Below, piece by piece: positions 49,181-57,325 of a stretch of DNA of 64,000 nucleotides (position 1 is its first letter; each line of letters begins with the position of its first letter). Both the position numbers and the translations under genes were made by a program. The stretch covers positions 5,554 to 69,553 of the IMG/VR virus record IMGVR_UViG_3300044260_000037; one strand, written 5' to 3'. Under the pieces are notes generated by a model that searched no databases, had not been told where the DNA came from, and saw only the letters and a list, made by a program, of their open reading frames with translations. This stretch comes from a virus.

Positions 49181-49463
49181 GGTTTATGATAAATTGGATT
49201 GGTATGATGATCCAGGAGTATTGGCCCGCAAAACTGCTCAGCTTAATGTCCTGGCGCAATGGCTCCTAGATCGTGGCCTTGTTGAATCCTATGTTCGGGA
49301 CTATTACAAGCCCCCGGTTGATTCGGATTTCAAGCTCAGTCGGAACGACCTCACTACCAAAGGGCAGAAGATCCTCGACAAGCATTACAATACATGGGCA
49401 GAGGCTCTCAATACAGATCTGACCATATTAGACAAAGCATTGAAGGAGATTTCACATGGCTAA
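49170..49463 (+). CDS. Small protein, candidate immunity protein
   Basis: GAGG RBS; overlaps the end of the nuclease-like gene; YDKLDW..W...GL..DLT.KG...L..HY. Confidence 0.5.
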   Translation: MRTEVYDKLDWYDDPGVLARKTAQLNVLAQWLLDRGLVESYVRDYYKPPVDSDFKLSRNDLTTKGQKILDKHYNTWAEALNTDLTILDKALKEISHG

Positions 49464-49704
49464 AACAAAACTGGTTCCTACGGACATTATGAAAGGTAAG
49501 GCATGGCAGCCTGCCGAAGGCGAAAGCAAGAACACCTTCTTGTCGCGGTGCATCAAGTCTGCAATGGACGAAGGCATCGAGCAAGACAAAGCCCTCGGCA
49601 AGTGCTACGGCATTTGGAATGAGAAACGAGACTCAGCGGATGCAAAAGGCGGCGAAGTTGAAAGCACCTTGTCAGGGGGTCTCCTGACTATCATGTCACC
49701 ATGA
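49456..49704 (+). CDS. Small head-module protein
   Basis: AGGAG RBS; P..GES...F.SRC....A...CY..W motif recalled from phage head regions. Confidence 0.6.
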   Translation: MAKTKLVPTDIMKGKAWQPAEGESKNTFLSRCIKSAMDEGIEQDKALGKCYGIWNEKRDSADAKGGEVESTLSGGLLTIMSP

Positions 49705-49937
49705 GCAAACATCCCGAGTATCTTGTCCTACGAGAAGGCGGCGTTCCCTGCCCCAAATGCGGACATCGCCAGCCTCTAACTCCCCTTGGGGACTTTACGG
49801 TATGGAAGCAAACCTGCGCCGAATGCGGCGCAGGCTTCTATGTCATGAAAGTTACTGAGTACGTCGTTTACGTGGACGATTCTTTATCGGCAAGCGGACG
49901 AGCTCGAGGTCAGGGAATCGATTCGGCAGGCGGCTGA
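49701..49937 (+). CDS. Zinc-ribbon protein
   Basis: CPKC and CAEC. Confidence 0.55.
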   Translation: MSKHPEYLVLREGGVPCPKCGHRQPLTPLGDFTVWKQTCAECGAGFYVMKVTEYVVYVDDSLSASGRARGQGIDSAGG

Positions 49938-50241
49938 ACAAGTAATTAGTCTGGGCAATCATTTCCTCGGCAACGCAGGACACGCAGCCCTGCATTCTCT
50001 TCACATACTTCTGCTGGATGCATACTCCCGGCCCCGCATAGAATCCCCCTTCCATTTTAGGGCAGCGGCCCGAAAACTTTCGGCGGGCATCGAGGTCTCG
50101 GCCCATTTTATGGGCATGGCGATCCTTGATCTTATGGAACCACTGTTTAGCCTCGTCATTCGGCACCGGCTCGCCTTTGCAGAGCAAAGTTAAGCGGTAT
50201 CGCACCTTCGGTTTCTTTGGTTTGTCTTCATTATTGCTCAT
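49852..50241 (-). CDS. Hypothetical basic Cys-containing protein
   Basis: GAGGG RBS before MSNNEDK; overlaps the 49701-49937 ORF convergently by 86 nt. Confidence 0.5.
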   Translation of the reverse strand: MSNNEDKPKKPKVRYRLTLLCKGEPVPNDEAKQWFHKIKDRHAHKMGRDLDARRKFSGRCPKMEGGFYAGPGVCIQQKYVKRMQGCVSCVAEEMIAQTNYLFSRLPNRFPDLELVRLPIKNRPRKRRTQ

Positions 50242-50326
50242 GTGATTAACCCTCAAAAAAGTGCCTCGCTGCGTTGTTGCGTTCGGCTGGATACATATTT
50301 GGAAGGACGCAGCGAGGCAAGCTGGT

Positions 50327-50512
50327 TTACTCATGGATACGATGGTCATGGACCAGGAGGCCATGTTCATGGGGCAAGCTATGCTCCACAATTTCCCCAA
50401 GCTGGCTCGCTATGGACTCGCTGATCTCTTCAAAGTTTGGGCCGTGCTGTGCATCGGCAGCGATTTCCACCTTTCGCCCATTGGGCGTGATCTTGATTTT
50501 GATTTCAGGCAT
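50327..50512 (-). CDS. DUF2997-like protein
   Basis: MPEIKIKITPNG.KVEI....HGP..EEISE.I...LG; GAGGG RBS; adjacent to the DUF1257-like gene. Confidence 0.55.
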   Translation of the reverse strand: MPEIKIKITPNGRKVEIAADAQHGPNFEEISESIASQLGEIVEHSLPHEHGLLVHDHRIHE

Positions 50513-50828
50513 AGTCTGCAACCCTCGCATACAGGATTAGTGAGCCGTCCGGTTCCTCAACTCGATCAACGATTTCCCCGGCAAGGTTTTGGATAGCATT
50601 AGTGGCAACCTGCTCCGCATAGGATCTGAACAGCGGATTAGTGTTGTAGTTTGCGGCCAATTGTAGTTGATAGTGATGACCGAAGTCTCTTAACGTCCCG
50701 ACTGCAATACCATTGGCCTGTTTCACTGTCAAGCCATCAAGAGTCAGCCCCGACTCTTTACAGGCTTGCTTGAAGGCGTCGATTTGGGCCTTCTCGATCT
50801 TTACCTCAACAAGTAACCAGCAAGGCAT
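50505..50828 (-). CDS. DUF1257/Ycf35-like protein
   Basis: VEVKI....AFKQACKESG ... SYAEQV ... EEPDGSLIL pattern. Confidence 0.55.
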   Translation of the reverse strand: MPCWLLVEVKIEKAQIDAFKQACKESGLTLDGLTVKQANGIAVGTLRDFGHHYQLQLAANYNTNPLFRSYAEQVATNAIQNLAGEIVDRVEEPDGSLILYARVADYA

Positions 50829-50829
50829 T

Positions 50830-51063
50830 TTATTCCCCCGCACAGCCACAAGAGATTGACTGCCCTCCGCATATCGGACAGCGTTCCATGTCGCAACCAG
50901 GATGGTGCTGTTCCCCCGGCGCAACCGCACAATCATGGCAGTTTTTGGTCCCGTCCCAGCATACCCTATTATAGAGTTTGGTTCCGATTTTGAAACGCTT
51001 CACTGTGCAAGCGCCGCCGGGAACCATAGGACGACCACAATACGAACAAGTGGCATTAGGCAT
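50830..51063 (-). CDS. Cys/His-rich zinc-binding protein
   Basis: CHDC.V.PG..HHPGCD.ERCP.CGGQ.ISCGC; GGAGG RBS. Confidence 0.75.
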   Translation of the reverse strand: MPNATCSYCGRPMVPGGACTVKRFKIGTKLYNRVCWDGTKNCHDCAVAPGEQHHPGCDMERCPICGGQSISCGCAGE

Positions 51064-51538
51064 TGACTTCTGACCTCCGTTTCTTCCGTCCTACCCTTCG
51101 GCCCTCAACTATCTTTGGCGCATTGGCAGCCTTCAGGCTTACCATAGACCGCAACAAAGATATGGAGAGGGTTTTGAGGAAGAACCTGGATTGATTATCT
51201 TCCGCTAATAACGGAAGTATTTCCGACTTCTTGAGGAATCGGCCCCGTGCCTTGAAAAAGAAACTCCCCCGGCCATCTATATTAGTGATAGTGGCCTCCG
51301 GCGCTTCCGGGTCATCTGTCATGCGGAAAAAGAAGGAATGACTGATTATGGTATCAGCCACGATCTGTTGTACGAACACCTTGATGAGGCTGTGATTGGT
51401 CTTGTAGCGAAAGCCGCCCTGAAATTGGCACGCCCCCTGCTTTATCGCCTCATAGATGATCTGTTCGTACCCGTTGATGACCAAGAAGACATGGAGCTTC
51501 TTGTCGCTTTCGATTCCGCCTTTGAACTGAAATTCCAT
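51056..51538 (-). CDS. Hypothetical protein
   Basis: GGAGGG RBS before MEFQF; first gene of the minus-strand operon. Confidence 0.65.
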   Translation of the reverse strand: MEFQFKGGIESDKKLHVFLVINGYEQIIYEAIKQGACQFQGGFRYKTNHSLIKVFVQQIVADTIISHSFFFRMTDDPEAPEATITNIDGRGSFFFKARGRFLKKSEILPLLAEDNQSRFFLKTLSISLLRSMVSLKAANAPKIVEGRRVGRKKRRSEVNA

Positions 51539-51639
51539 TGGCCGACCCTCCGAACGCATAAAGTGAACTTATTCATACCAAAAAGACTTGCACAAATCAA
51601 CGTTTTGCGCTAAAGCCCTGATTCAGGGAGGTTGAGACA

Positions 51640-51945
51640 ATGTCTAAAAAGGAAAAAATACCGGCCTGCCCCTTCTGTGGGTATGATCGGCCCGAGTTTG
51701 TCTGTATAACCCACGTTCCCGGCTATTCCTTCAAAGAGAAGATCTTCAAATGCCCGGCTTGTATCACGCATTTTAGAAAGATCGAAGGACGGCCTTGCTT
51801 AGAGTGCTGCGAAGACCTCCGGGCCTATCGGTTCGCCAAAGCTCGCATAAAACGAGGTGAGCCTTTCAATACTATCTTGGAACAAGTAACCATGAGGCAC
51901 AGACCCACGAGATGGCTTGGCGAAATACTGGAGAAATCGGCTTGA
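51640..51945 (+). CDS. Zinc-finger protein
   Basis: CPFC, CPAC, CLEC; GGAGG RBS. Confidence 0.65.
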   Translation: MSKKEKIPACPFCGYDRPEFVCITHVPGYSFKEKIFKCPACITHFRKIEGRPCLECCEDLRAYRFAKARIKRGEPFNTILEQVTMRHRPTRWLGEILEKSA

Positions 51946-51970
51946 CATTCGGATTCTAGTGATATACTAT
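51942..51970 (+). promoter_or_regulatory. Sigma70-type promoter
   Basis: TTGACA-N17-TACTAT. Confidence 0.7.
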
Positions 51971-51976
51971 ATCGTC

Positions 51977-52062
51977 AGTGGACAGCCCTCCTTGGCACTA
52001 AACGTCCACCTGGATAGTTGCCCGATGGTTCCGCTGACCCGGCCGTCGGGCATACTTATTTC
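51977..52062 (+). ncRNA. Candidate small RNA or leader with two hairpins
   Basis: Begins about 7 nt after the -10 box; GTGGAC/GTCCAC stem enclosing CCCTCCTT; 12-bp stem 52019-52052, then a T-rich tail. Confidence 0.35.
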
Positions 52063-52070
52063 TGGCCTGA

Positions 52071-52118
52071 AAATTTCATAGGTAAAGTAAAGATATCTCT
52101 AAGTCAACTAGTAAAATT
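52071..52118. promoter_or_regulatory. Dispersed palindromic element, copy B
   Basis: taggtaa-agtaa-agatatctcta-agtca-a-ctagtaaaattt aligns with the reverse complement of copy A. Confidence 0.65.
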
Positions 52119-52170
52119 TCATGGCAACTTTAAGGGGCATTTTAGGATGATTTTACTTCTCACCATTACC

Positions 52171-52243
52171 TGTGATGTCAAGTGTAGTTTACATCACTAC
52201 CCATGCCACAGTTTACATCACTTTTGATTTTTTCGGTGTAAAT
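52171..52243. repeat. Iteron-like repeats, candidate replication origin
   Basis: AGTTTACATCACT exact at 52186-52198 and 52210-52222; degenerate inverted copies at 52171-52182 and about 52235-52243. Confidence 0.5.
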
Positions 52244-52440
52244 TATACCTGATACCAACATATTAGAAGGCTATATAAATGTGCCCTAGACATTCTTTTC
52301 TTAAGACATCTATAAGAATAAATCCACCGACGGCATCCGGCTACGCCGAATACCTTCGCATTGAGTCTTTTTAAGATTCATGTCCAGACCATACAGATTT
52401 AGACTATACCGTAGACCTGTAATACTCCCGACTTCAGGTA

Positions 52441-52469
52441 TTGACTTCTCTCTGGCCTTCATATATAAC
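52441..52469 (+). promoter_or_regulatory. Sigma70-type promoter for the replication operon
   Basis: TTGACT-N17-TATAAC. Confidence 0.6.
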
Positions 52470-52523
52470 GCTCATTCGGTATCAACAAACTTTGGAGGTC
52501 ATTTTTTCATATAAGGGTTAGCA

Positions 52524-53558
52524 ATGAATACTTCCCAGTGGTTTAAGATCGAGCATGTGGTTAGATCCGCAATTGCAGATTTAGTAAAATCCCCCCTTCA
52601 GATTAAAACCTGCCTTTGGCTCATAGACAATTCAATAGGCTGGGAGAGATGTACCTTCATTGGTTCGGCTAAAACTTTCCTAACTGATCGGCATTCAGGT
52701 CATCGGAGTATTTGGGGTCTAAAATGTACTCGACAAGGCTTATATCTTGCCTTAACCTGGTTGCAAGAGCATGGTATAGTATATAGAAAGCGGCTTGATT
52801 CTGTGAAGAGTCGGTATCATCTCAATATTCCCGGCATGCTTGAATTATACATCCAGAAACTCAAAGTCCAAGGTAGAGACACTGATGCATACGATGCGAT
52901 ACTGGGGAATATTAACCATATGTTTGAAAAAGACCAGCTTGAGCACCCTATTCTTCCCTTTTACACGGAGCCAAAAGTGAGCTATCAAATAGCAGATAAA
53001 ATCGGCAAAGTCCCGCCGATACTCGTCAAGACCAGAGAAAAGCAAAAAGCGAAAAAGAAAAAGAAGCCATGGAACGTTGAGACATTCATGCAATGGTTTG
53101 ATAAACAGGCCGATAAACGGGATCTTGGCGTTGCATGGTATTTTAATACCAAGCGCCGGTTCAAATGCACGTTTGAAGAAGGGGAAGTTGAAGAGAAGCG
53201 ATTACAAGCCAAGAACCGGGCGTGCATTAAGCGGTTGCTTAAGGAAGTTTCTTCTAAAGAACTGCGAAAGCGGCTACTCAAGGCATTAGATAATTGGGTT
53301 TTAGTGGCTGCATTCCTTGCTATTTCTAGTGACTGGCAGATCATAGAAGACACCCGGGTAGTATTCCCTACTTTCTATCGGTATCGACAATATATTTGGA
53401 TCTATTTGGAAAAAGACATGGATGACTATACTCAAGGAGTCCCTTATGACAACTTTAGAGATTGGGAGCGATGGTGGGAAGAAGACAAGCGTGACTTCGC
53501 TTTATTCGTGGAAGCTTTTGAACGACGTACAGGCACCGCCTCGAAAGATGGCGATTGA
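52524..53558 (+). CDS. Putative replication initiator-like protein (winged-helix-like N-terminus)
   Basis: TRQGLYLALTWLQEHGIVYR helix-wing pattern; first gene before loader, helicase and primase. Confidence 0.45.
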   Translation: MNTSQWFKIEHVVRSAIADLVKSPLQIKTCLWLIDNSIGWERCTFIGSAKTFLTDRHSGHRSIWGLKCTRQGLYLALTWLQEHGIVYRKRLDSVKSRYHLNIPGMLELYIQKLKVQGRDTDAYDAILGNINHMFEKDQLEHPILPFYTEPKVSYQIADKIGKVPPILVKTREKQKAKKKKKPWNVETFMQWFDKQADKRDLGVAWYFNTKRRFKCTFEEGEVEEKRLQAKNRACIKRLLKEVSSKELRKRLLKALDNWVLVAAFLAISSDWQIIEDTRVVFPTFYRYRQYIWIYLEKDMDDYTQGVPYDNFRDWERWWEEDKRDFALFVEAFERRTGTASKDGD

Positions 53559-54081
53559 TAAGCTCACTCGACTTGGTTATGACCTACCGCGGCAACCGCC
53601 TGCACCGGAAGTCTTGCTCGAATTAGAAAAGATCATGCGGAAGTTAGAGAATCGTAACCGGTGGCTTCTATTGGTATCGAACCGCCCCAGTATGCTTAAA
53701 GCCCTGGCGCAAATAGTCCCGATTACCTACGCCCTCACACACAAACGTGCCGTTCATAACATCAGCCCCCAGGATCTCTACGAACTTTATATCAATGGCA
53801 AGGAGCAAGAGATATGCCCATTAGGCATAGATTCCTTGGAGTATACAAACCTTGTCTGGTTTGAACAGTTCGGGGACGCTCTTGCAGAAATGTATAAACT
53901 CCAAGCCCGGCTGTCTCGGCTATTTAGTATATGGTGTGAACCCTATACAAGTGTTGTGCTGTCTCATTGTTATCCGTTCAGATACAAGCCAGACAAGCTC
54001 CTGAAAACTATTGCTCGCCATTATGGCGATAGCATCGTTGCTTATGTCAATGAAAAAGCGGATGTATTGGATATTCATTAG
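53548..54081 (+). CDS. Hypothetical protein, possibly a degenerate DnaC/IstB-like helicase loader
   Basis: Position before DnaB; alpha/beta pattern but no Walker A motif. Confidence 0.4.
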   Translation: MAIDKLTRLGYDLPRQPPAPEVLLELEKIMRKLENRNRWLLLVSNRPSMLKALAQIVPITYALTHKRAVHNISPQDLYELYINGKEQEICPLGIDSLEYTNLVWFEQFGDALAEMYKLQARLSRLFSIWCEPYTSVVLSHCYPFRYKPDKLLKTIARHYGDSIVAYVNEKADVLDIH

Positions 54082-54092
54082 GAGGGTCAGAG

Positions 54093-55313
54093 TTGTCAAC
54101 AGGGTTGTGCTTTTTTCGCAAAGTCCTCGATAATAAGGGTCCAGGGGCCTTTCTTGACACTTACCAGTTGAGGCGGGCCGACTTTACTAAGGACGAAATC
54201 AAAGTCCTCGACTATATCGAGGCGCATCTGGAGAAGTTTTCCAAAATACCGTCAACCAAGACGGTAGAGAAGCGGCTGCAATTCAGATTCCCCGACATAC
54301 CCGACGAGCCCCTCGAGTTTTGGGCCTCCGAGGTTAAGAAACGGGCTGTTACTATTGAGATCCAAAAGAGCGTCAAAGCAGCGGTAGACGAACTACGGGA
54401 TGGTGACCCAGACAAAGCCGCTGGCATTATTACCGACCTTGCGACGAACCTTATAGCCGCCACTGGCGAATCTAAGGTCCGCACTTTGCAAGAGCTTGCC
54501 CAAGAAGTCATGGAACTCCACGACAAGCGGGCGATGCGCACCTCAGACCTTCGGATTCCCTTTGGCTTGCCTACCCTGGATGACATTACAGACGGTGCAC
54601 AGAGAGGTGACAATGTGGTTTTAGCCGGACCGACCGGTGTAGGCAAGACTGTCACTCTTTGTTACTTTGCAAATTCAGCCTATGCCATCGGGCGCAGAGT
54701 GCTTGTGCTTACCTTAGAGATGACCCGGCAGCAAATGGCAACTAGGCTTATAGCCTGGCAATCCGGGGTCAATGAGCGGATTATACGGCGCGGACAACTA
54801 GCCAAGTTTGGCGGACGGCCCCCTGTAAACCGAGCGATTACCCAACTAGAGGCCGGACCGCCCTTTTATATCCTCGACGGGGCAATGGTTTTTGAGGTCG
54901 AGGATCTGATGGTTTACATCCGGGCCTTGAAGCCAGATGTGGTCTATATAGATGGTGCTGATTTGGTTCAAACAAGGAATGCACAGCGCCGGGGTAAATG
55001 GGAGCAAGTTGTCGATGCTGTCGAGTACGTCAAGCGAACAGCGATCAGAGCAAATGTTCCTATCATCGGGGCTTATCAACTAAACGATGAGGGCAATATC
55101 TATGGCGGCAGAAGGATAGAGCATATGGCCTCGATAGTCATGAAGATGACCCGGCCCCGAAAGCAAGGCAAAGTCAAACGTGGAGACAGCCCATGGGATG
55201 AGGAGCTACCAAACGCTCGGGATCTAGTTATCGACAAAGGGCGTTTCGGCGAACTTGGCACAGTACGGCTCGATTTCTACCCGGAGAAGTCATTCATAGC
55301 AGAAGCCATTTAG
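54093..55313 (+). CDS. dnaB: DnaB-like replicative helicase
   Basis: GPTGVGKT, LTLEM, VYIDG, YQLN, KGRFGE; AGGAGGG RBS before TTG. Confidence 0.9.
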   Translation: MSTGLCFFRKVLDNKGPGAFLDTYQLRRADFTKDEIKVLDYIEAHLEKFSKIPSTKTVEKRLQFRFPDIPDEPLEFWASEVKKRAVTIEIQKSVKAAVDELRDGDPDKAAGIITDLATNLIAATGESKVRTLQELAQEVMELHDKRAMRTSDLRIPFGLPTLDDITDGAQRGDNVVLAGPTGVGKTVTLCYFANSAYAIGRRVLVLTLEMTRQQMATRLIAWQSGVNERIIRRGQLAKFGGRPPVNRAITQLEAGPPFYILDGAMVFEVEDLMVYIRALKPDVVYIDGADLVQTRNAQRRGKWEQVVDAVEYVKRTAIRANVPIIGAYQLNDEGNIYGGRRIEHMASIVMKMTRPRKQGKVKRGDSPWDEELPNARDLVIDKGRFGELGTVRLDFYPEKSFIAEAI

Positions 55314-55315
55314 TA

Positions 55316-55363
55316 AAATTTAATGGCAAAGTTAGAGATATTCCTAAGTCATCTATGAAAAAT
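55316..55363. promoter_or_regulatory. Dispersed palindromic element, copy C (more degenerate)
   Basis: aaatttaatggcaaagttagagatattcctaagtcatctatgaaaaat aligns without gaps to copy B. Confidence 0.55.
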
Positions 55364-55371
55364 ACACAGCC

Positions 55372-56361
55372 ATGATGGAATCAAACCTCATTAAGTTTTT
55401 GGCCCTATTAGGCATCAAAGAAACACGCCGATACGGGGAGTGGTTGCAATTCGCCTGTCCTCTGGCTTCTATAACTCATGGCAAGCGCACGGATCGCAAC
55501 CCTTCGGGAGGAGCATTAATCAGTGACGACGGACCTAGCCTGTTCAGATGTTTTAGCTGCACGCCGAAGGCGCAGCCGCTTGATACTCTATTGGCCCGGC
55601 TTTGGCGGTATAACAAAGGCGCAAAGGAAGCCATCTATTTTTGGGCATCTTATGAACTATCTGAAGATGTCTCTGTTGATGGCATTGCTGCGGACAGGTG
55701 GGAAACTGAGGTAGAGAGTCCACAAGTATTGGACTCTGCAATAGTGGAGCGGTTCCCATTAATTGGCACGGTCAATGGCGATTTCAGTAAGGATGCTCTC
55801 AAGTATCTCAACTGCCGGGGTGTCTCGCAAAAGACGGCACAGAAGCGGGGAGTCAGGCTATGGTCGGAAAAGGATGCTCTAGTCTTTCCCTACCACGACA
55901 ACAAAGGCCGCATTGTTACTTTGAGGTGTCGGCGGCTATTTTCCAAGACCTTGTTTTTTGTCTCTTCGGAGAACACCGGCTTGCCTCGTGATGCCTTTCC
56001 CCTATTATCACGGACAGGCGCGTGGTTTGGGCTGGCAGCAGTCAACTGGCAGAAGCCAGTTGTCCTCGTGGAAGGGGAGTTTGATGCTTTGCGGCTGGTC
56101 GAATTAGGCCAGTCAAATGTCGTAGCCTCAGGTGGAACGAGCATAACCAACGCCCAGCTAAAGGCGCTTTTGGGGCGGTCTCTATGGCTAGGGCTTGATG
56201 CAGACAAATCCGGGAGGGAAGCCGAGACATCGCTCGTTCGTAGGTTAGCAACCAGAGGCTACGATTTACATTTTTTGGACTGGTCCGTTGCCAAGCACAA
56301 AGATGCAGGCGACCTGGAGAATGTCCAAGAACTCAACCGAGTCTTGCAGAGGCTTAAATAG
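55372..56361 (+). CDS. DNA primase (zinc finger + TOPRIM)
   Basis: CPL..H..D.NPS..CFSC; VLVEGEFDAL; LDADKSG; KDAGD. Confidence 0.88.
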   Translation: MMESNLIKFLALLGIKETRRYGEWLQFACPLASITHGKRTDRNPSGGALISDDGPSLFRCFSCTPKAQPLDTLLARLWRYNKGAKEAIYFWASYELSEDVSVDGIAADRWETEVESPQVLDSAIVERFPLIGTVNGDFSKDALKYLNCRGVSQKTAQKRGVRLWSEKDALVFPYHDNKGRIVTLRCRRLFSKTLFFVSSENTGLPRDAFPLLSRTGAWFGLAAVNWQKPVVLVEGEFDALRLVELGQSNVVASGGTSITNAQLKALLGRSLWLGLDADKSGREAETSLVRRLATRGYDLHFLDWSVAKHKDAGDLENVQELNRVLQRLK

Positions 56362-56373
56362 GGAGGGCACATA

Positions 56374-56550
56374 ATGACAGACTACGATGTGGACGCAGCC
56401 TTAGCAAAGGCGGCAAAAGAGGCAGAAAAGTCACCGACAGACAAAGTTCTCGCATTCATTGTCCGATGGGCATTGAAGCTTGGGTTTGTCGGACTGACTG
56501 TTTTGTTTTTCATTTGGACATGGGCAAAAGTCGTAAGTTATCTATTCTAA
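56374..56550 (+). CDS. Small membrane protein (58 aa)
   Basis: GGAGGG RBS; C-terminal hydrophobic helix. Confidence 0.55.
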   Translation: MTDYDVDAALAKAAKEAEKSPTDKVLAFIVRWALKLGFVGLTVLFFIWTWAKVVSYLF

Positions 56551-56563
56551 AAAGGAGGGCGTA

Positions 56564-57325
56564 ATGGTCAAGAAGTACGATCCAGACGAGGCTATTAACA
56601 GAGACAAAGAGGCCGAAGAGGATTATAAGAAGAAGCGGCGCAAGGGCGGTAGCCGTTTCCGCCTCGATGTCGGCAAGGATGGCGATGTGTTGCTTATAGA
56701 CGAAGCACTCATTCCCCTGACCGTCCATGAAATTTATCATGGCAAGAACCGCAAGTCCGATTGGGAGCCCTGCCCGCAGAAGGATTGCATAGCCTGTGAA
56801 GACCCGGACACCAAGGATGCAATCCCATATCTCAGTTTCGGCACGGTTATCAATCTTACCGGCTTTGAGGACGACAAAGGCAAGACCGTTAAACTTTTCA
56901 AGCAACTTTTGGTCTTGAAGGGTGATGCTAAGGTCGAGTTTCTTCGGCAGAGAGAAGACCTCATTAAGAAATACGGCAAGGAGGATACGTTAGCCTGGAC
57001 GGTATGGAATATCCGACGTGGTTCGGATCAGAAATCCCTTGTCACCGGGCAGTATTTCACGTTCAAAACAAAGACCTCCAAAAAGAAGGCCAAAGAGAAG
57101 CTGGAAAAGTTAGGTGCCTCCCCCGAGGATTGGAAGGCATTTTTGGAGCCTCTGGACTATGAGGCGCTCTACACACCTAAGAGCAATGCTGAGCTTGGTA
57201 AACTAATCGGCGCAGCGGGCGGGCCTCGCCCCGGCTCCAATGATGATGCGGATGACGATGACGAGTTTCCGCCTTCAAAAGAAGCGGATAGCGAAAAGGA
57301 CATTGAGGATCAGATCGAATGGTGA
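56564..57325 (+). CDS. Putative single-stranded DNA-binding protein
   Basis: RFRL, HE, CP..DCIAC zinc motif, acidic C-terminal tail; replication context. Confidence 0.65.
   Translation: MVKKYDPDEAINRDKEAEEDYKKKRRKGGSRFRLDVGKDGDVLLIDEALIPLTVHEIYHGKNRKSDWEPCPQKDCIACEDPDTKDAIPYLSFGTVINLTGFEDDKGKTVKLFKQLLVLKGDAKVEFLRQREDLIKKYGKEDTLAWTVWNIRRGSDQKSLVTGQYFTFKTKTSKKKAKEKLEKLGASPEDWKAFLEPLDYEALYTPKSNAELGKLIGAAGGPRPGSNDDADDDDEFPPSKEADSEKDIEDQIEW

Noticed and set aside
52018..52227. 69-aa ORF in the control region
   Set aside because: TTG start inside a hairpin with weak RBS, and it overlaps the palindrome and repeats; more likely non-coding
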